Positions 25,245 through 36,727 are shown, counted from the first letter of the stretch. The stretch: DNA of 64,000 nucleotides from an uncultured Gemmatimonadales bacterium (GCA_963798085.1 CAWCRS010000007.1:1504001-1568000), one strand, 5' to 3'. The notes: generated from the letters alone by a model not told the origin. A program made the numbers and translations.

Positions 25245-26907
25245 ATGGACGCGTCACTCCAGCAGCAGCTCGAAGAAATCGCGGCTCGCCTGGGCAACGG
25301 CGCACCACCCGCGGTGCAGCTGGACCGGCCACGCAATCCGGAACACGGCGATCTGGCGACTAACCTCGCACTCGCACTCGCGCGGCCGCTCTCGCGGCCG
25401 GCTCGCGAAGTGGCCGCCACCATCGATTCGAGCAGCTCGACCTGCCCGCCGCGGGCATCGCCTCCGCCGAAATCGCCGGGCCCGGCTTCATCAATTTCCG
25501 CATTGCACGCGCAAACGTGCAGCAGCGGCTGGGTGCCGTCCTGCAGGCCGACGCCGCGTACGGCCGCAGCGACGAGGGCCGCGAAGATCCGATGCAGGTG
25601 GAATTCGTGTCCGCCAATCCCACCGGGCCGCTGCACGTCGCGCACGGGCGAGGTGCCGCCCTGGGCGACGGCATTGCGTCACTGCTCGAATGGACCGGGC
25701 ACGGTGACACGCGAGTTCTACGTCAACGATGCGGGTGTGCAGATCGACAAGCTGGCGGAGTCGCTCGAGGCGAGGCTGCGCGAGCTGCACGGCGAACCAC
25801 TCGTGATTCCCGAAGGCGGGTACCACGGCGACTACCTTCGCGACCTGGCGCAGGAGCTGGAGCGCACGGAAGCGGGCCGGCTGCAGGGCATGAGCGCGGA
25901 GGAACGACTGCCGTTCCTGCGCGACTGGGCGACCACGCGACTGCGCCAGGAGCAGGATCAGGTGCTGCGCCAGTTCGGCGTGCGCTTCGATGCGTATTTC
26001 GCCGAGAGCCAGCTCTACCGCGAACACCGCCTCGAGGAAACACTGCGTTACCTGCGCGAGCGCGACCTCACCTACGAGCAGGATGGCGCACTCTGGTTTC
26101 GCACCTCGGATATCGGCGATGACAAGGATCGCGTCCTGGTGAAGAGCGACGGCACCTTCACCTATTTCCTCCCGGATCTCGCCTACCACCGGACAAGGCG
26201 AAGCGAGGCTATAAACACGTCATTAACGTCTGGGGCGCCGATCACCACGGCTATGTGCCCCGCATGCAGGCCGCGCTGCGCGCCATCGGACTGCCCGATT
26301 TCCTCGATGTCGAAATCGTCCAGATGGTGCGCATCATGCGCGGCGGCCAGGAAGCCAGACTCAGCAAAGCGCCGGGCAGTACATGACCTCGAGGAACTGG
26401 CGCAGGAAGTACGGGCCCGATGTGGCGCGCTACTTCTTCCTCATGCGCCGAGGCGATGCGCAGATGCTCTTCGACCTCGATCTCGCCTCGACCATTCCGA
26501 AAAGAATCCGGTCTTCAAGATCCAGTACGCACACGCCCGCCTGATGAGCATTTTCCGCAAAGCGGGCGTGACGCCGGAAACGATGCCACCGGGTGTTGCC
26601 CGCCTCGACCGGCTCACGCAGCCGGCGGAACTGGACCTGATCAAGCAGCTGGCGTTGTTGCCGGAAATGGTGACGCGGGCCGCAGCCGCGCGGGCGCCGC
26701 ACATGATGTGCGAATACCTCGAAGCCACGGCAGGCCAGGTCAATTCGTGGTACCACGCAGGCAATCCCAGTCGCAATCCTGAACTTGCGGTGCTGGTTGC
26801 TGATACGGAGTTGCGCGGCGCGCGGCTGGTGCTGGCCCGGGCGGCGCAGGATCGTGCTCCGCAACGGGCTGACTCTGCTGGGTCTCTGCAGCCCCTGATC
26901 GGATGGA
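25245..26907 (+). CDS. argS: Arginine--tRNA ligase (multiple frameshifts; end approximate)
   Basis: HGDLATN, AGPGFINF, VEFVSANPTGPLHVAHGR, YVNDAG, DDKDRVLVKSDG, WGADHHGY, NPVFKIQYAHAR. Confidence 0.92.
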
Positions 26908-26925
26908 TCGCGAGGAAAGCGGATC

Positions 26926-27856
26926 ATGAGCCTGCTGGTAGTGGGAAGCGTGGCGCTGGACACCATCGAGACGCCGTTCGGCCGCGCCGCGGATACACTG
27001 GGCGGATCGGCGACGTTCTTCAGTGCGGCGGCCTCGTTCTTCTGCTCCGTGCACCTCGTCGGCGTGGTGGGGGACGATTTTCCGGTACACTAGCTGGAGT
27101 TCCTCGAGCGCCGCGGTGTGGACCTCGGCGGACTGGAGCAGCGCGAAGGCGAGAGCTTTCGCTGGTCCGGCGTCTACAACTACGATCTGAACAGCCGCGA
27201 TACACTGGAGACGAGACTGGGCGTGTTCGCGGATTTCAAGCCACGCATACCGGAAGCCTTCCGCGATGCGCGCTGGATCTTTCTCGGCAACATCGATCCC
27301 GTGCTGCAGCTCGAAGTACTGGAGCAGGTGCGCGCGCCCGAGCTGGTGGCGTGCGACACGATGAACTACTGGATTTCGGGCCGGCGCGATGCGCTGCTGC
27401 GTCTGCTCGCGCACGTCAATGTGCTGATGGTGAATGACAGCGAAGCACGCGAGTTGTCCGGCGAATACAACCTGCTGCGCGCAGCCCGGTGGATCCAGCG
27501 GCACGGCCCGTCAATGGTGGTGGTGAAGAAGGGCGAGCACGGCGCCATCCTGTTTGCCGACGACATGATCTTCTTCGCACCGGGTTTCCCGCTCGAGGAA
27601 ATCTTCGATCCCACGGGTGCGGGCGATGCGTTTGCCGGCGGCTTCGTGGGCTACCTGGCGAGGAACGGCGCGATAACACCGGATCAATCTGCGGCGTGCC
27701 GTCGTCTATGGCTCGACACTCGGTTCCTACGCGGTGGAGCGCTTCGGCGTGGGGCGGCTGATCGATCTGACCGTCGAGGAGATCGATGACCGGGTCATGC
27801 GGTTCCGCGACCTCACCGCGTTCGATCAGCCGGTGGCGATCCGGCCGGGTCTCTGA
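26926..27856 (+). CDS. PfkB-family carbohydrate/nucleoside kinase (internal TAG 27091-27093, frameshift near 27690)
   Basis: MSLLVVGSVALDTIETPFG, LGGSATFF, FLGNIDP, CDTMNYWI, KKGEHGA, DPTGAGDAFAGG. Confidence 0.9.
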
Positions 27857-27863
27857 GGCGGAC

Positions 27864-28907
27864 GTGACCGACGGCGTGGAGCTGAGCTACCGCGCGGCCG
27901 GTGTCGATCGCACCGCCGCAGGTCTCGCCAAGCGCCGCATTATCGAGCTGCTCGGAACCACGGCGACGCCGGGCGTCGTGCCCAATCCCGGCGGCTTCGG
28001 CGGCCTCTTCCGCGCACCCGGCGGCGCAGGCCAGCTGCTGGTGGCCAGCGCCAATGGCGTAGGCACCAAACTCAAGATTGCATCGCGTGCGGGTCGCCAC
28101 GAAGGCGTGGGCCACGACATCGTGAATCACTGCGCCAACGACATCCTCGTCGAGGGCGCGCGCCCGCTCTTCTTCCTCGACTACATCGGCATGGGCCGCC
28201 TCGAGCCGGGCACAGTCGAACAGATCGTGGGCGGTGTGGCCGCCGCCTGTCGTGCGGCCGGCTGCGCGCTGCTCGGTGGTGAAACCGCGGAGATGCCGGA
28301 TGTGTACGCCCCCGGTGAGTACGACCTGGCCGGTTTCATCGTCGGCACCGTCCCGGAAGCGTCCCGGCTGGGTGCGCAGCGTGTACACCACGGCAATGCG
28401 CTCGTGGGTCTGGCTGCCGATGGTTTTCATACCAACGGCTATTCGCTTCTGCGCCGTCTGTTCTTCGACACGCTGCGCGTTGATGTGAATCACCGCTTCC
28501 CGGGTATCGACCTGTCGGTGGCGGATGTGCTGCTGCGCCCGCACCGCTCGTACGGGCGCGCACTGCTGCCGCTCATCGAGGACGGCCTGATTCACGCGCT
28601 GGCGCACATTACGGGCGGCGGCATCGAGGAGAACCTGGAGCGCGTGATACCGGAAAACTGTACCGCGCGTGTGGACCTCTCGTCATGGTCCACACCCCAT
28701 GAGTTCCGGGTCGTCGCGGAACGCGGCGGTATTTCGCGGGACGAGATGCTGCGCACCTTCAACATGGGCGCCGGCATGATTGCCGTGGTGCCGCAGGGCG
28801 CAGTGGAAACCGTGATCGAACGGCTGCTGTCCGCGGGTGAGCGGGCATGGCGCATGGGGCGGGTGGAGCGCGGCGAGCAGCGCGTGGTGCTGGCTGACAG
28901 AACCTGA
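27864..28907 (+). CDS. purM: Phosphoribosylformylglycinamidine cyclo-ligase
   Basis: YRAAGVD, GGFGGLF, (N)GVGTKL, PLFFLDY, GGETAEMP, HTNGYSL, AHITGGG, TFNMG. Confidence 0.95.
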   Translation: MTDGVELSYRAAGVDRTAAGLAKRRIIELLGTTATPGVVPNPGGFGGLFRAPGGAGQLLVASANGVGTKLKIASRAGRHEGVGHDIVNHCANDILVEGARPLFFLDYIGMGRLEPGTVEQIVGGVAAACRAAGCALLGGETAEMPDVYAPGEYDLAGFIVGTVPEASRLGAQRVHHGNALVGLAADGFHTNGYSLLRRLFFDTLRVDVNHRFPGIDLSVADVLLRPHRSYGRALLPLIEDGLIHALAHITGGGIEENLERVIPENCTARVDLSSWSTPHEFRVVAERGGISRDEMLRTFNMGAGMIAVVPQGAVETVIERLLSAGERAWRMGRVERGEQRVVLADRT

Positions 28908-28918
28908 GAGAAACGGCA

Positions 28919-29926
28919 ATGCACAGGGATCGGCATTCCTTGATGGTGCAGGGAGCAGGCGACGTTCTGCGGTCCGTGTCCTGCGCGGGCCTGATGCTTC
29001 TGGCCATGGCCGGCGCTCCGCGTCCGGCTGACGCGCAGATCGTCGATTACGAGACACTGTGCCGCGCGCAGTCCGGTGGCCAGACGACGCTGTGCCGCGC
29101 GGGACTGGATGCGCTGGACATCGCCATTGCCCGGGCCCTGATCCTGGGGGAGGGCGGCAATCCGGTGCCCGGTACGGCCAGCACCATGGGCCACCGCATG
29201 GGCACTTCGCCGCGCGTGGGACTGTCCGGCCGCGTGACGGTGGCTAACATTGAGTTGCCAAGGCTCGCACCCGTGGGCGGTACCAACTCGGGCGCCGGCC
29301 TGGGCCTCACCGCCAATGTGGCCGTGGGTCTGCTCAATGGCATCTCGGCGGGGCCCACCGTGGGCGGCGTGGGCTCGCTCGACTTCGTCGCCAGCATCGG
29401 CATCACACACCTGCCGGGCGGCGCGGAGTTCACCACCAGCCACCCCGTCACCTGGGCTGTGGGTGGCCGCCTCGGCGTCCTGCGCGAATCCTTCACGGCG
29501 CCGGGCATCTCGCTGTCTGCACTGTACCGGCGCCTGGGCGCACTCGCCGTCGGCAATGAATTCCCGGGCACGGACAGCGCCTACGTGTTCACCAACCAGA
29601 CCGCCGCATGGAGCACACGTGCGGCGATCGGCAAACATCTGGGCCCGCTCGGGCTGACCGGCGGTGTAGGCTGGACACGTTTCTCGACCGACGCCGCGGT
29701 CCGGTTGTTCAATACCAGTCAGCAGCCCATCGACGTGCGCAACCGCAGTTTCCACGACAAGCGTCTCAGCGCGTTCGGCAACGTGAGCTGGACGGTTCTG
29801 ATCCTCACGGTCTCGGGCGAAGCCGGCTGGCAATCCGCAGGTGACCTCACGGCGGGCGGACGCCAGACCGCCGGCGCCGCCGGTGGCGGCCTGTTCGGGA
29901 GCATCGCCGGCCGACTGACCATCTGA
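28919..29926 (+). CDS. Hypothetical exported protein, possibly an outer-membrane beta-barrel
   Basis: Signal peptide ending ADA/Q; Gly-rich alternating beta-strand patterns; C-terminal GRLTI. Confidence 0.6.
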   Translation: MHRDRHSLMVQGAGDVLRSVSCAGLMLLAMAGAPRPADAQIVDYETLCRAQSGGQTTLCRAGLDALDIAIARALILGEGGNPVPGTASTMGHRMGTSPRVGLSGRVTVANIELPRLAPVGGTNSGAGLGLTANVAVGLLNGISAGPTVGGVGSLDFVASIGITHLPGGAEFTTSHPVTWAVGGRLGVLRESFTAPGISLSALYRRLGALAVGNEFPGTDSAYVFTNQTAAWSTRAAIGKHLGPLGLTGGVGWTRFSTDAAVRLFNTSQQPIDVRNRSFHDKRLSAFGNVSWTVLILTVSGEAGWQSAGDLTAGGRQTAGAAGGGLFGSIAGRLTI

Positions 29927-29930
29927 TGCC

Positions 29931-31016
29931 GTGGACGAAGACCAGACCTTCATGGAGCGCGCGCTGCAGCTCGCCGAGGCGGGCTGGGGTCGCGTGCATC
30001 CCAACCCGCTGGTAGGCGCCGTCCTCGTCCGCGACGGCGAGGTTGTTGGTGAGGGCTGGCACGCCGAGTACGGGGGGCCCCACGCGGAAGTAGTGGCACT
30101 GCACGCCGCCCGCGAACAAGCGCGCGGCGCCACCCTCTACGTCACCCTCGAACCCTGCCGCCACCAGGGCAAGACGCCGCCCTGTACCACCGCCATCATT
30201 GCAGCCGGCATCCAGCGCGTGGTCTTCGGTGCCGCCGATCCCAGCCTCGAGGCGGGCGGCGGCGCCGGCGTACTCGAACGCGCCGGCGTGGAGGTGCGAG
30301 GCGGCGTGCTGGCCACCGCCTCGCGCCGCCTCAATGCCGCGTTCCACCATGCACTGGAACGCGACCGGCCATTCGTGGCTCTGAAGCTGGCAATGTCGCT
30401 CGACGCTCGGCTCAGTCGTGAAGCCGGCCGGCGCACTACCGTCACCGGAGAAGGGGCGCAGGCCGAGGTGCACAGACTGCGCGCCGGTTACGATGCGATC
30501 CTTATCGGACGCGGCACGGCGGCGGCCGATGACCCGGAACTGACCGTGCGCGGGCCGCTCGCGCCACGCAGGCCGCCGGTGCGCATCATCTTCAATGCCG
30601 CGGCCGGACTATGCTCGGATTCGCGACTCGCGCGCAGCGCAGCGCAGGCACCGGTCTGGGTGGTGGCCGCGGCTGACGCAGACCCGGAAGAGCTTCGTCG
30701 CCTGCAGCAGTCCGGTGTGCGCACCCTGTGCACGAAACGGGCAGAGCATGGCGTGGATGTGAACGAAGCCATCAGCCTGCTCTGGCGGGAGGGTGTGCGC
30801 TCGATACTCTGCGAAGGCGGCGGACGGTTGGCGGCGTCGCTGCTCGAGGCCGATGCGGTGCAGCGCATCTACCTGTTCGTGGCACCCGTATTCTTCGGCG
30901 AGGCCGGCACACCGGCGTTCCCGCTGCACGGCCCCGGCGGCGGCTGGGTCATCACCGGAACGCGCGCCATCGGCAGCGACGTGCTCTTGACACTCGAACG
31001 TTTCGTCGCAGGATAA
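29931..31016 (+). CDS. ribD: Riboflavin biosynthesis deaminase/reductase
   Basis: PNPLVGAV, HAE, TLEPCRH.GKTPPC, LKLAMSLD, DDPELTVR, CEGGG. Confidence 0.95.
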   Translation: MDEDQTFMERALQLAEAGWGRVHPNPLVGAVLVRDGEVVGEGWHAEYGGPHAEVVALHAAREQARGATLYVTLEPCRHQGKTPPCTTAIIAAGIQRVVFGAADPSLEAGGGAGVLERAGVEVRGGVLATASRRLNAAFHHALERDRPFVALKLAMSLDARLSREAGRRTTVTGEGAQAEVHRLRAGYDAILIGRGTAAADDPELTVRGPLAPRRPPVRIIFNAAAGLCSDSRLARSAAQAPVWVVAAADADPEELRRLQQSGVRTLCTKRAEHGVDVNEAISLLWREGVRSILCEGGGRLAASLLEADAVQRIYLFVAPVFFGEAGTPAFPLHGPGGGWVITGTRAIGSDVLLTLERFVAG

Positions 31017-31020
31017 CGCC

Positions 31021-31629
31021 GTGTTCAGCGGAATCGTCGAGGAAACCGGAACCGTGCGCGACGTGACCCGGGTCGAGAACGGCATGCGTCTGCGCATCGC
31101 GGCCCGGATCGCGCTCGATGAGCTGGTACCGGGTGCATCCATCGCCATTAATGGTGTGTGCCAGACCGTGGTCACCCGGTCGGACGCGGACTTCCAGGTC
31201 GAGGCTATCGCCACGACACTGGGTCGTACCACACTGGGTGCGCTCGCGGCCGGCAATGCGGTGAACCTGGAGCGGGCACTCGCCTATGGCGAACGCGTGG
31301 GTGGCCACCTCGTGCAGGGCCACGTCAATGGCGTGGGCACGGTGACCGCTGTGCAGCGCGAGGGCGAGCACGTGCTGCTCGATGTGCGCATGCCGGCCGA
31401 CGTCGCGGACGTTACCGTGCTGCACGGCTCCATCGCGATCGATGGCGTCAGCCTCACGGTCAATGCACTGCCTGCTGCGGACTGCGTGCAGGTGGCGCTG
31501 ATTCCGTACACGTGGGAGCACACGACTCTCTGCCGGCTGCGGCCGGGCAGCCGGGTGAACCTGGAAGGCGACATGATGGGCCGCTTCGTGACGCACTGGC
31601 TGAAGCGGCAGCGCGGCGAGGGGGTATGA
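31021..31629 (+). CDS. ribE: Riboflavin synthase
   Basis: [50 protein letters not shown]. Confidence 0.95.
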   Translation: MFSGIVEETGTVRDVTRVENGMRLRIAARIALDELVPGASIAINGVCQTVVTRSDADFQVEAIATTLGRTTLGALAAGNAVNLERALAYGERVGGHLVQGHVNGVGTVTAVQREGEHVLLDVRMPADVADVTVLHGSIAIDGVSLTVNALPAADCVQVALIPYTWEHTTLCRLRPGSRVNLEGDMMGRFVTHWLKRQRGEGV

Positions 31630-32928
31630 CAGCCGCCAGAAAGGTGGGGCGTATGGAATTCGACAAGGTGGAAGACGCCATCCGCGACATCCGCGACGGC
31701 AGACTCGTCGTGGTCGCAGACGATGAAGATCGCGAAAACGAAGGCGACCTCGTGGGCGCGGCTGCCCTGGTCACGCCCGCGATGATCAACATGATGGTCA
31801 CGCACGGCCGGGGCATGGTCTGCGTTCCGCTCACTTCAGAGCGCGCCGATGCCCTCGCACTGCCCATGATGGTCGAGCACAACCAGGACTACATGGGTAC
31901 CGCGTTCACGGTTTCCGTGGACGCACACCCGCGCTACGGCGTCACCACCGGCATCAGCGCGCACGATCGTGCCCGCACCATCCAGCTGCTGGCGGATCCC
32001 GCTACCGGTCCGGGCGACCTGCGCCGGCCCGGCCACGTGCAGCCGCTGCGCGCCAAGCCCGGCGGCGTGCTGCGCCGCGTGGGACAGACCGAGGCGTCCG
32101 TGGACCTCGCCCGACTGGCCGGTCTGCCACCGGCCGGCGTGATCTGCGAGATCATGAACGCCGATGGCAGCATGGCGCGACGACCCGATCTCGAGGTGTT
32201 CGTGCGCGAACACAACCTGCGCTTCATCACCGTGGCGCAGATCGTGGCATACCGGTTGCGCCACGAACGACTGGTGCGCCGCATCGCCGAAGCGACCCTG
32301 CCCACACCATACGGTGAGTTCCGCGTGATCGCCTTCGCCAACCAGGTCGATCAGCGCGAACACGTGGCGCTCGTGAAAGGCGATATCGCCGGACAGAAGA
32401 ACGTGCTCGTGCGCATGCACTCCGAGTGCATGACCGGCGATGTCTTCCACTCGCTGCGCTGCGATTGCGGCGAACAGTTGCACGCGGCCATGCGCCGCAT
32501 CGATGAGGAAGGCCTGGGCGCGGTCGTGTATCTGCGCCAGGAAGGTCGCGGCATCGGCCTCGGCAACAAGATCCGCGCATACGCACTGCAGGACGCGGGT
32601 CAGGACACGGTGCAGGCCAATGAATCACTCGGTTTCAAGCCCGACCTGCGCGATTACGGCATTGGCGCGCAGATCCTGCTGGATCTCGGACTCACGTCCA
32701 TCCGTCAGCTCACCAACAATCCGCGCAAGATCGTGGGTCTCGAGGGCTATGGCCTGAAGGTCACGGGTCGCGAACCCATCCAGGTCGCGCCCGGCGATCA
32801 CAACCGCCGCTACCTGCGCACCAAGCGCGAGAAGCTGGGACACCTGCTGCCCGACGCGTCGGCCGCCCCGGCGCCCCAGCCGGCGGCGCGCGCGCCCGAC
32901 TCGCCCGCCCGCGCCGGGCGAGAGCTGA
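31626..32928 (+). CDS. ribBA: DHBP synthase / GTP cyclohydrolase II (3' end approximate, probable frameshift)
   Basis: [67 protein letters not shown]. Confidence 0.94.
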
Positions 32929-32937
32929 GCGATCGGA

Positions 32938-33420
32938 GTGGGGGAACTCCGCGGCAACCCGTCCGGCGCCGGACGGCGCTTCGCCATCATCGTCAGCCGC
33001 TTCAACGACGTGGTCACCAGCCGCCTGCTGACCGGGGCGCGCGCCTGTCTTGCCCAACACGGTGTTATGGAAGGCGACATCAATGTGATCTCCGTGCCCG
33101 GCGCGTTCGAGCTGCCGCTCGCCGCCCGGTTCGCGGCTGACCGCGCTGTCTACGCCGCTGTTATCGCGCTGGGTTGCGTGATCGAAGGGGAGACGCGCCA
33201 CTTCGACTACGTCGCCGGTCCGGCGGCCGACGGCCTGGCGCGCGTGGCGCTGGATGCCCGGCTGCCCGTGGCGCTGGGCGTACTGACCACGACCGATCTG
33301 GAACAGGCACTGGCACGCGCGGGCGGCAGGCTCGGCAACAAGGGCTGGGATGCCGCCATGGCCGCGCTCGAACTGGCCGATCTCGCCGTGCAGCTGGGAA
33401 CGGACCGTGCGCAGCCGTAG
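32938..33420 (+). CDS. ribH: 6,7-dimethyl-8-ribityllumazine synthase
   Basis: [40 protein letters not shown]. Confidence 0.95.
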   Translation: MGELRGNPSGAGRRFAIIVSRFNDVVTSRLLTGARACLAQHGVMEGDINVISVPGAFELPLAARFAADRAVYAAVIALGCVIEGETRHFDYVAGPAADGLARVALDARLPVALGVLTTTDLEQALARAGGRLGNKGWDAAMAALELADLAVQLGTDRAQP

Positions 33421-33844
33421 CCGCGCACGCGGGTGGGCACTGCAGATCCTCTACGCATGGGAAATGCGCGGGCCCGAGCGGCCGCTGCCCGAGGTGCTCG
33501 CCGATTTCATGACGGATCGACTGATCGGCGAAGGCAGCCGCGACTACCTGTTCCGCCTGATCCTTGCCGTTGCCGAGCATCGCGCCGACATCGATCGCAC
33601 AGTGCAGGAATGCCTGACCAACTGGCGGCTCGAGCGCCTCTCCACCATTGATCGCGCCGTGCTGCGTATTGGCGCGGCTGAAATGCTGTTCCTGCACGAT
33701 GTGCCGCCGCGCGTTTCCATACAGGAAGCTGTCCTGCTGGCCGAGAAGTACAGCACCGCCGAGAGTCCGCGGTTCGTCAATGGCGTGCTGGACGCCCTGA
33801 TGCGGCGGGCGCGCGACCCGGCCGTGCGAGGAGAGGACCGCTGA
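33407..33844 (+). CDS. nusB: Transcription antitermination factor NusB
   Basis: [48 protein letters not shown]. Confidence 0.93.
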   Translation: MRSRSRARGWALQILYAWEMRGPERPLPEVLADFMTDRLIGEGSRDYLFRLILAVAEHRADIDRTVQECLTNWRLERLSTIDRAVLRIGAAEMLFLHDVPPRVSIQEAVLLAEKYSTAESPRFVNGVLDALMRRARDPAVRGEDR

Positions 33845-35025
33845 ACATCGCTGTCATCAACTGGCAGGATCGCGAGAATCCGCAGGCCGGTGGCGCGGAG
33901 GTTCACCTGCATGAGATCTTCGGCCGGCTGGCAGCGCGCGGCCACCGCGTCACGCTGCTGGTGTCAGGCTGGAAGGGTGCACCCGCCAGCGTGCAGCTCA
34001 ATGGCATGGACGTACACCGCGCCGGGGGGCGCCACACGTTCCCGCTCGCCGCGCCGGGTGCATGGCGGAAACTGCGTCGGCGCGACTTCGACATCGTCGT
34101 CGAAGACCTCAACAAGATCCCCCTCTTCTCGCCGTGGTGGGCAGGCGCGCCGGTCGTACTCCTCGTCCATCACCTGTTCGGCCGCACGGCCTTTCAGGAA
34201 GCGGGACTCCTGGTGGCCGGCACGACCTGGCTCGCAGAGCAGCCGCTGGCCGTCATGTATCGCGGTGTGCCCGTGGAAGCCGTCTCGCAGAGCACAGCTG
34301 ACGATCTCGTGCGACGCGGTTTCAATGCCGCGCGCATCACGGTAATTCCAAATGGCGTGGCGCTCGACGCGTTCACACCGGATCCCGCCGCCCGCTTCGC
34401 CGCGCCGACGCTCCTTTACGTGGGCCGCCTGAAGCGCTACAAGGGAATAGACCTGATCCTCCAGGCTGTGGCCCGCCTGGTAGCGCAGGGCGTGCCAGTG
34501 CGCGCGATCATTGCCGGGAAAGGCGACTATGCGATGGAGCTGGAACGGTTGCGCGCGCAGCTGGGACTGCAGGACGTCGTGGAAATGACCGGCTTCGTCA
34601 CCGAGGCCGAGAAGCTGCGCCTGCTGCGGGGTACATGGGTGCATGTGCTGACCTCGCCCAAGGAGGGCTGGGGTATCACCAACCTGGAAGCCGCAGCATG
34701 CGGAACGCCCACCGTGGCGAGCGATTCCCCCGGTTTGCGAGATTCGGTCCTGCACGAGGAAACGGGCCTGCTCGTGCCGCACGGCGACGTTGCCGCGCTG
34801 GCGACCGCGCTGCAACGCATGCTGACGGATGACGTGACCCGGAAGCGCCTGGGCGAAGGCGCGCACGCTTTCGCTCAGCGATTCCACTGGGAACGGTCGG
34901 CAGAGCTGACCGAGGCACACCTTGCCGCCGTGCTCGAGGGCGCAGGCGAGGGCCAGCACCCTGGCGATTCGGCCTGGATGCCGCGTCGTGAGCAACCGGA
35001 CCAACCTTCGCACCGGAGGCAATGA
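33841..35025 (+). CDS. Glycosyltransferase family 4
   Basis: NWQDRENPQAGGAEVH, YVGRLKRYKG, EGWGITNLEA, SDSPGLRDSV; the frame begins at CTG 33841 after a strong RBS. Confidence 0.9.
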   Translation: MNIAVINWQDRENPQAGGAEVHLHEIFGRLAARGHRVTLLVSGWKGAPASVQLNGMDVHRAGGRHTFPLAAPGAWRKLRRRDFDIVVEDLNKIPLFSPWWAGAPVVLLVHHLFGRTAFQEAGLLVAGTTWLAEQPLAVMYRGVPVEAVSQSTADDLVRRGFNAARITVIPNGVALDAFTPDPAARFAAPTLLYVGRLKRYKGIDLILQAVARLVAQGVPVRAIIAGKGDYAMELERLRAQLGLQDVVEMTGFVTEAEKLRLLRGTWVHVLTSPKEGWGITNLEAAACGTPTVASDSPGLRDSVLHEETGLLVPHGDVAALATALQRMLTDDVTRKRLGEGAHAFAQRFHWERSAELTEAHLAAVLEGAGEGQHPGDSAWMPRREQPDQPSHRRQ

Positions 35026-35339
35026 TGGAAGTCACCATCTCCGCGATCCATTGCACCATCCCTGACTCCATGTACGATCACGCCAGCCGGCTGGGGCGCC
35101 GGTTGGATCGCTATGGCCTCAAGGCCGCTGCGGCCGCAATCACCTTTGAACCCGTGGGCGGTATCCGTACCGTGGAAGTACGCCTTTCCATTGCCGGCGG
35201 ACCTCCCTCGCTCGCACGCGGGACCGGCCCCACCTATCGCAACGCGCTCAACCAGGCCATGGATCGCATCGAGCGGCAGGTGAAACGCACGCGCGATCGG
35301 CGCCGGCACCGCCGGCGGGCTCTTACCTCCCCCGAGTGA
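35022..35339 (+). CDS. HPF/RaiA-like ribosome-associated protein (divergent)
   Basis: About 105 aa, ITISAIH start and ALNQAMDRIERQVKR C-terminal helix; directly upstream of hprK. Confidence 0.7.
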   Translation: MMEVTISAIHCTIPDSMYDHASRLGRRLDRYGLKAAAAAITFEPVGGIRTVEVRLSIAGGPPSLARGTGPTYRNALNQAMDRIERQVKRTRDRRRHRRRALTSPE

Positions 35340-35352
35340 GCGCGAGAAAAAC

Positions 35353-36312
35353 GTGGCCACGCTGACGGTGGAAGATCTGTTCCGGGTGAAGGGCAATGTG
35401 CTGTCACTCGAGCTGCTGACGGAGGAATGCGACCTGCGTCGTCCGATTCGCGACGCGACGATATCGAATCCCGGCCTCGTGCTGGCCGGCTTCCGCGATC
35501 GTTTCCCCGGCGGCCGCATCCAGGTTCTCGGCGAAACCGAGGTCTACTACCTCCGTTCCCTCAATGAGGCGCGCCGCCGCCACGTGATCGAGGAATTCTT
35601 CGCGCTGCCCATGCCCGCCGTCGTCGTGACCAAGGGACAGGATCTGCCGGACGACTTCCTGGCCGGCGGGCGACAGCACGGCGTGCCGATTTTCCGCTCG
35701 CAGCTCAAGACGGGCGATTTCTACCGTCGCGTTCAGCCCTACCTCGAAGAACAGTTCGCGCCCACGACCACCATGCACGGCTCCCTCGCGGATGTGTACG
35801 GTGTGGGTCTGCTGTTCGTGGGACGGAGCGGCATTGGCAAGAGCGAGTGCGTGCTGGACCTCGTCGAGCGCGGGCATCGCCTGGTGGCGGACAATGTGGT
35901 GATCATTTCCCGCCGCGGCAACGACATCCTGATCGGCCGCGGCCACGAGCTGCAACGGCATCACATGGAGATCCGCGGCATCGGCATCATCGACATCCGC
36001 GCGCTTTTCGGCATCCGCGCGATTCGACAGCAGAAGCGAATCGAGGTCGTCGTCCAGCTGGTGGACTGGGACGAGCGCGCGCACTACGATCGCACCGGGC
36101 TCGAACTGGAAACGGTCGACATTCTCAATGTCGGTGTACCCAAGGTGATGATCCCGCTGAACGCGGGGAAGAACATCACGGTGATCTCCGAGGTCATTGC
36201 GATGAACCACCTGCTGAAATACTCGGGCGTGCATTCAGCGCGTCGCTTCAACGAGAGTCTCCAGGAGGCGATGAAGCCAATGCGGCAGTACCTGGAGGAG
36301 GACTATGAGTGA
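35353..36312 (+). CDS. hprK: HPr kinase/phosphorylase
   Basis: PGLVLAGF, RIQVLGETE, HGSLADVYGVG, GRSGIGKSE, GHRLVAD, MEIRGIGII. Confidence 0.96.
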   Translation: MATLTVEDLFRVKGNVLSLELLTEECDLRRPIRDATISNPGLVLAGFRDRFPGGRIQVLGETEVYYLRSLNEARRRHVIEEFFALPMPAVVVTKGQDLPDDFLAGGRQHGVPIFRSQLKTGDFYRRVQPYLEEQFAPTTTMHGSLADVYGVGLLFVGRSGIGKSECVLDLVERGHRLVADNVVIISRRGNDILIGRGHELQRHHMEIRGIGIIDIRALFGIRAIRQQKRIEVVVQLVDWDERAHYDRTGLELETVDILNVGVPKVMIPLNAGKNITVISEVIAMNHLLKYSGVHSARRFNESLQEAMKPMRQYLEEDYE

Positions 36313-36727
36313 CGGGCAGGCCCGCGGCATCGTCGTCGCCCACGGCGCCATGGCGGAAGGTATGGTGGATGCCGTGCGCGGCATCGCGGGCTGCGATGCG
36401 GATGCACTGGCGAGCATCAGCAATCGCGGACTCTCGCCGTCGGCGCTGGCGGAGCAGGTGGGGATCGCGACCGGCAAGGGCCCGGCCATCGTGTTCACCG
36501 ACCTGCCCAGTGGCAGCTGCGGCTTCGCCGCTCGTCTGCTGGCGCGGGACAAGGGCGGACTCGCCGTGATCTGCGGCGTGAATCTGCCCATGCTGCTCGA
36601 CTTCGTGATGCATCGCGACCTGCCGCTCGACGAGCTGGTGAGCCGGCTCGTGAACAAGGGTCGCACTGCGATTCACGGCACTCCCTCGACTGTGCGGCCG
36701 AATGGCGATCCTGCTGTTCCGCATTGA
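36305..36727 (+). CDS. PTS mannose/fructose-family EIIA
   Basis: IVVAHG, FTDLPSGS, GVNLPMLL. Confidence 0.9.
   Translation: MSDGQARGIVVAHGAMAEGMVDAVRGIAGCDADALASISNRGLSPSALAEQVGIATGKGPAIVFTDLPSGSCGFAARLLARDKGGLAVICGVNLPMLLDFVMHRDLPLDELVSRLVNKGRTAIHGTPSTVRPNGDPAVPH

Noticed and set aside
27091..27093. In-frame TAG in pfkB as pyrrolysine or programmed readthrough
   Set aside because: It lies in an error-dense block at a non-catalytic position, no pyl genes are seen, and a single miscall of CAG or GAG explains it
28908..29930. FMN riboswitch ahead of the rib operon
   Set aside because: No intergenic space and no RFN consensus visible
32850..33140. Long C-terminal extension of RibBA overlapping ribH
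   Set aside because: Low-complexity translation, and a TGA at 32926-32928 just before ribH suggests an indel
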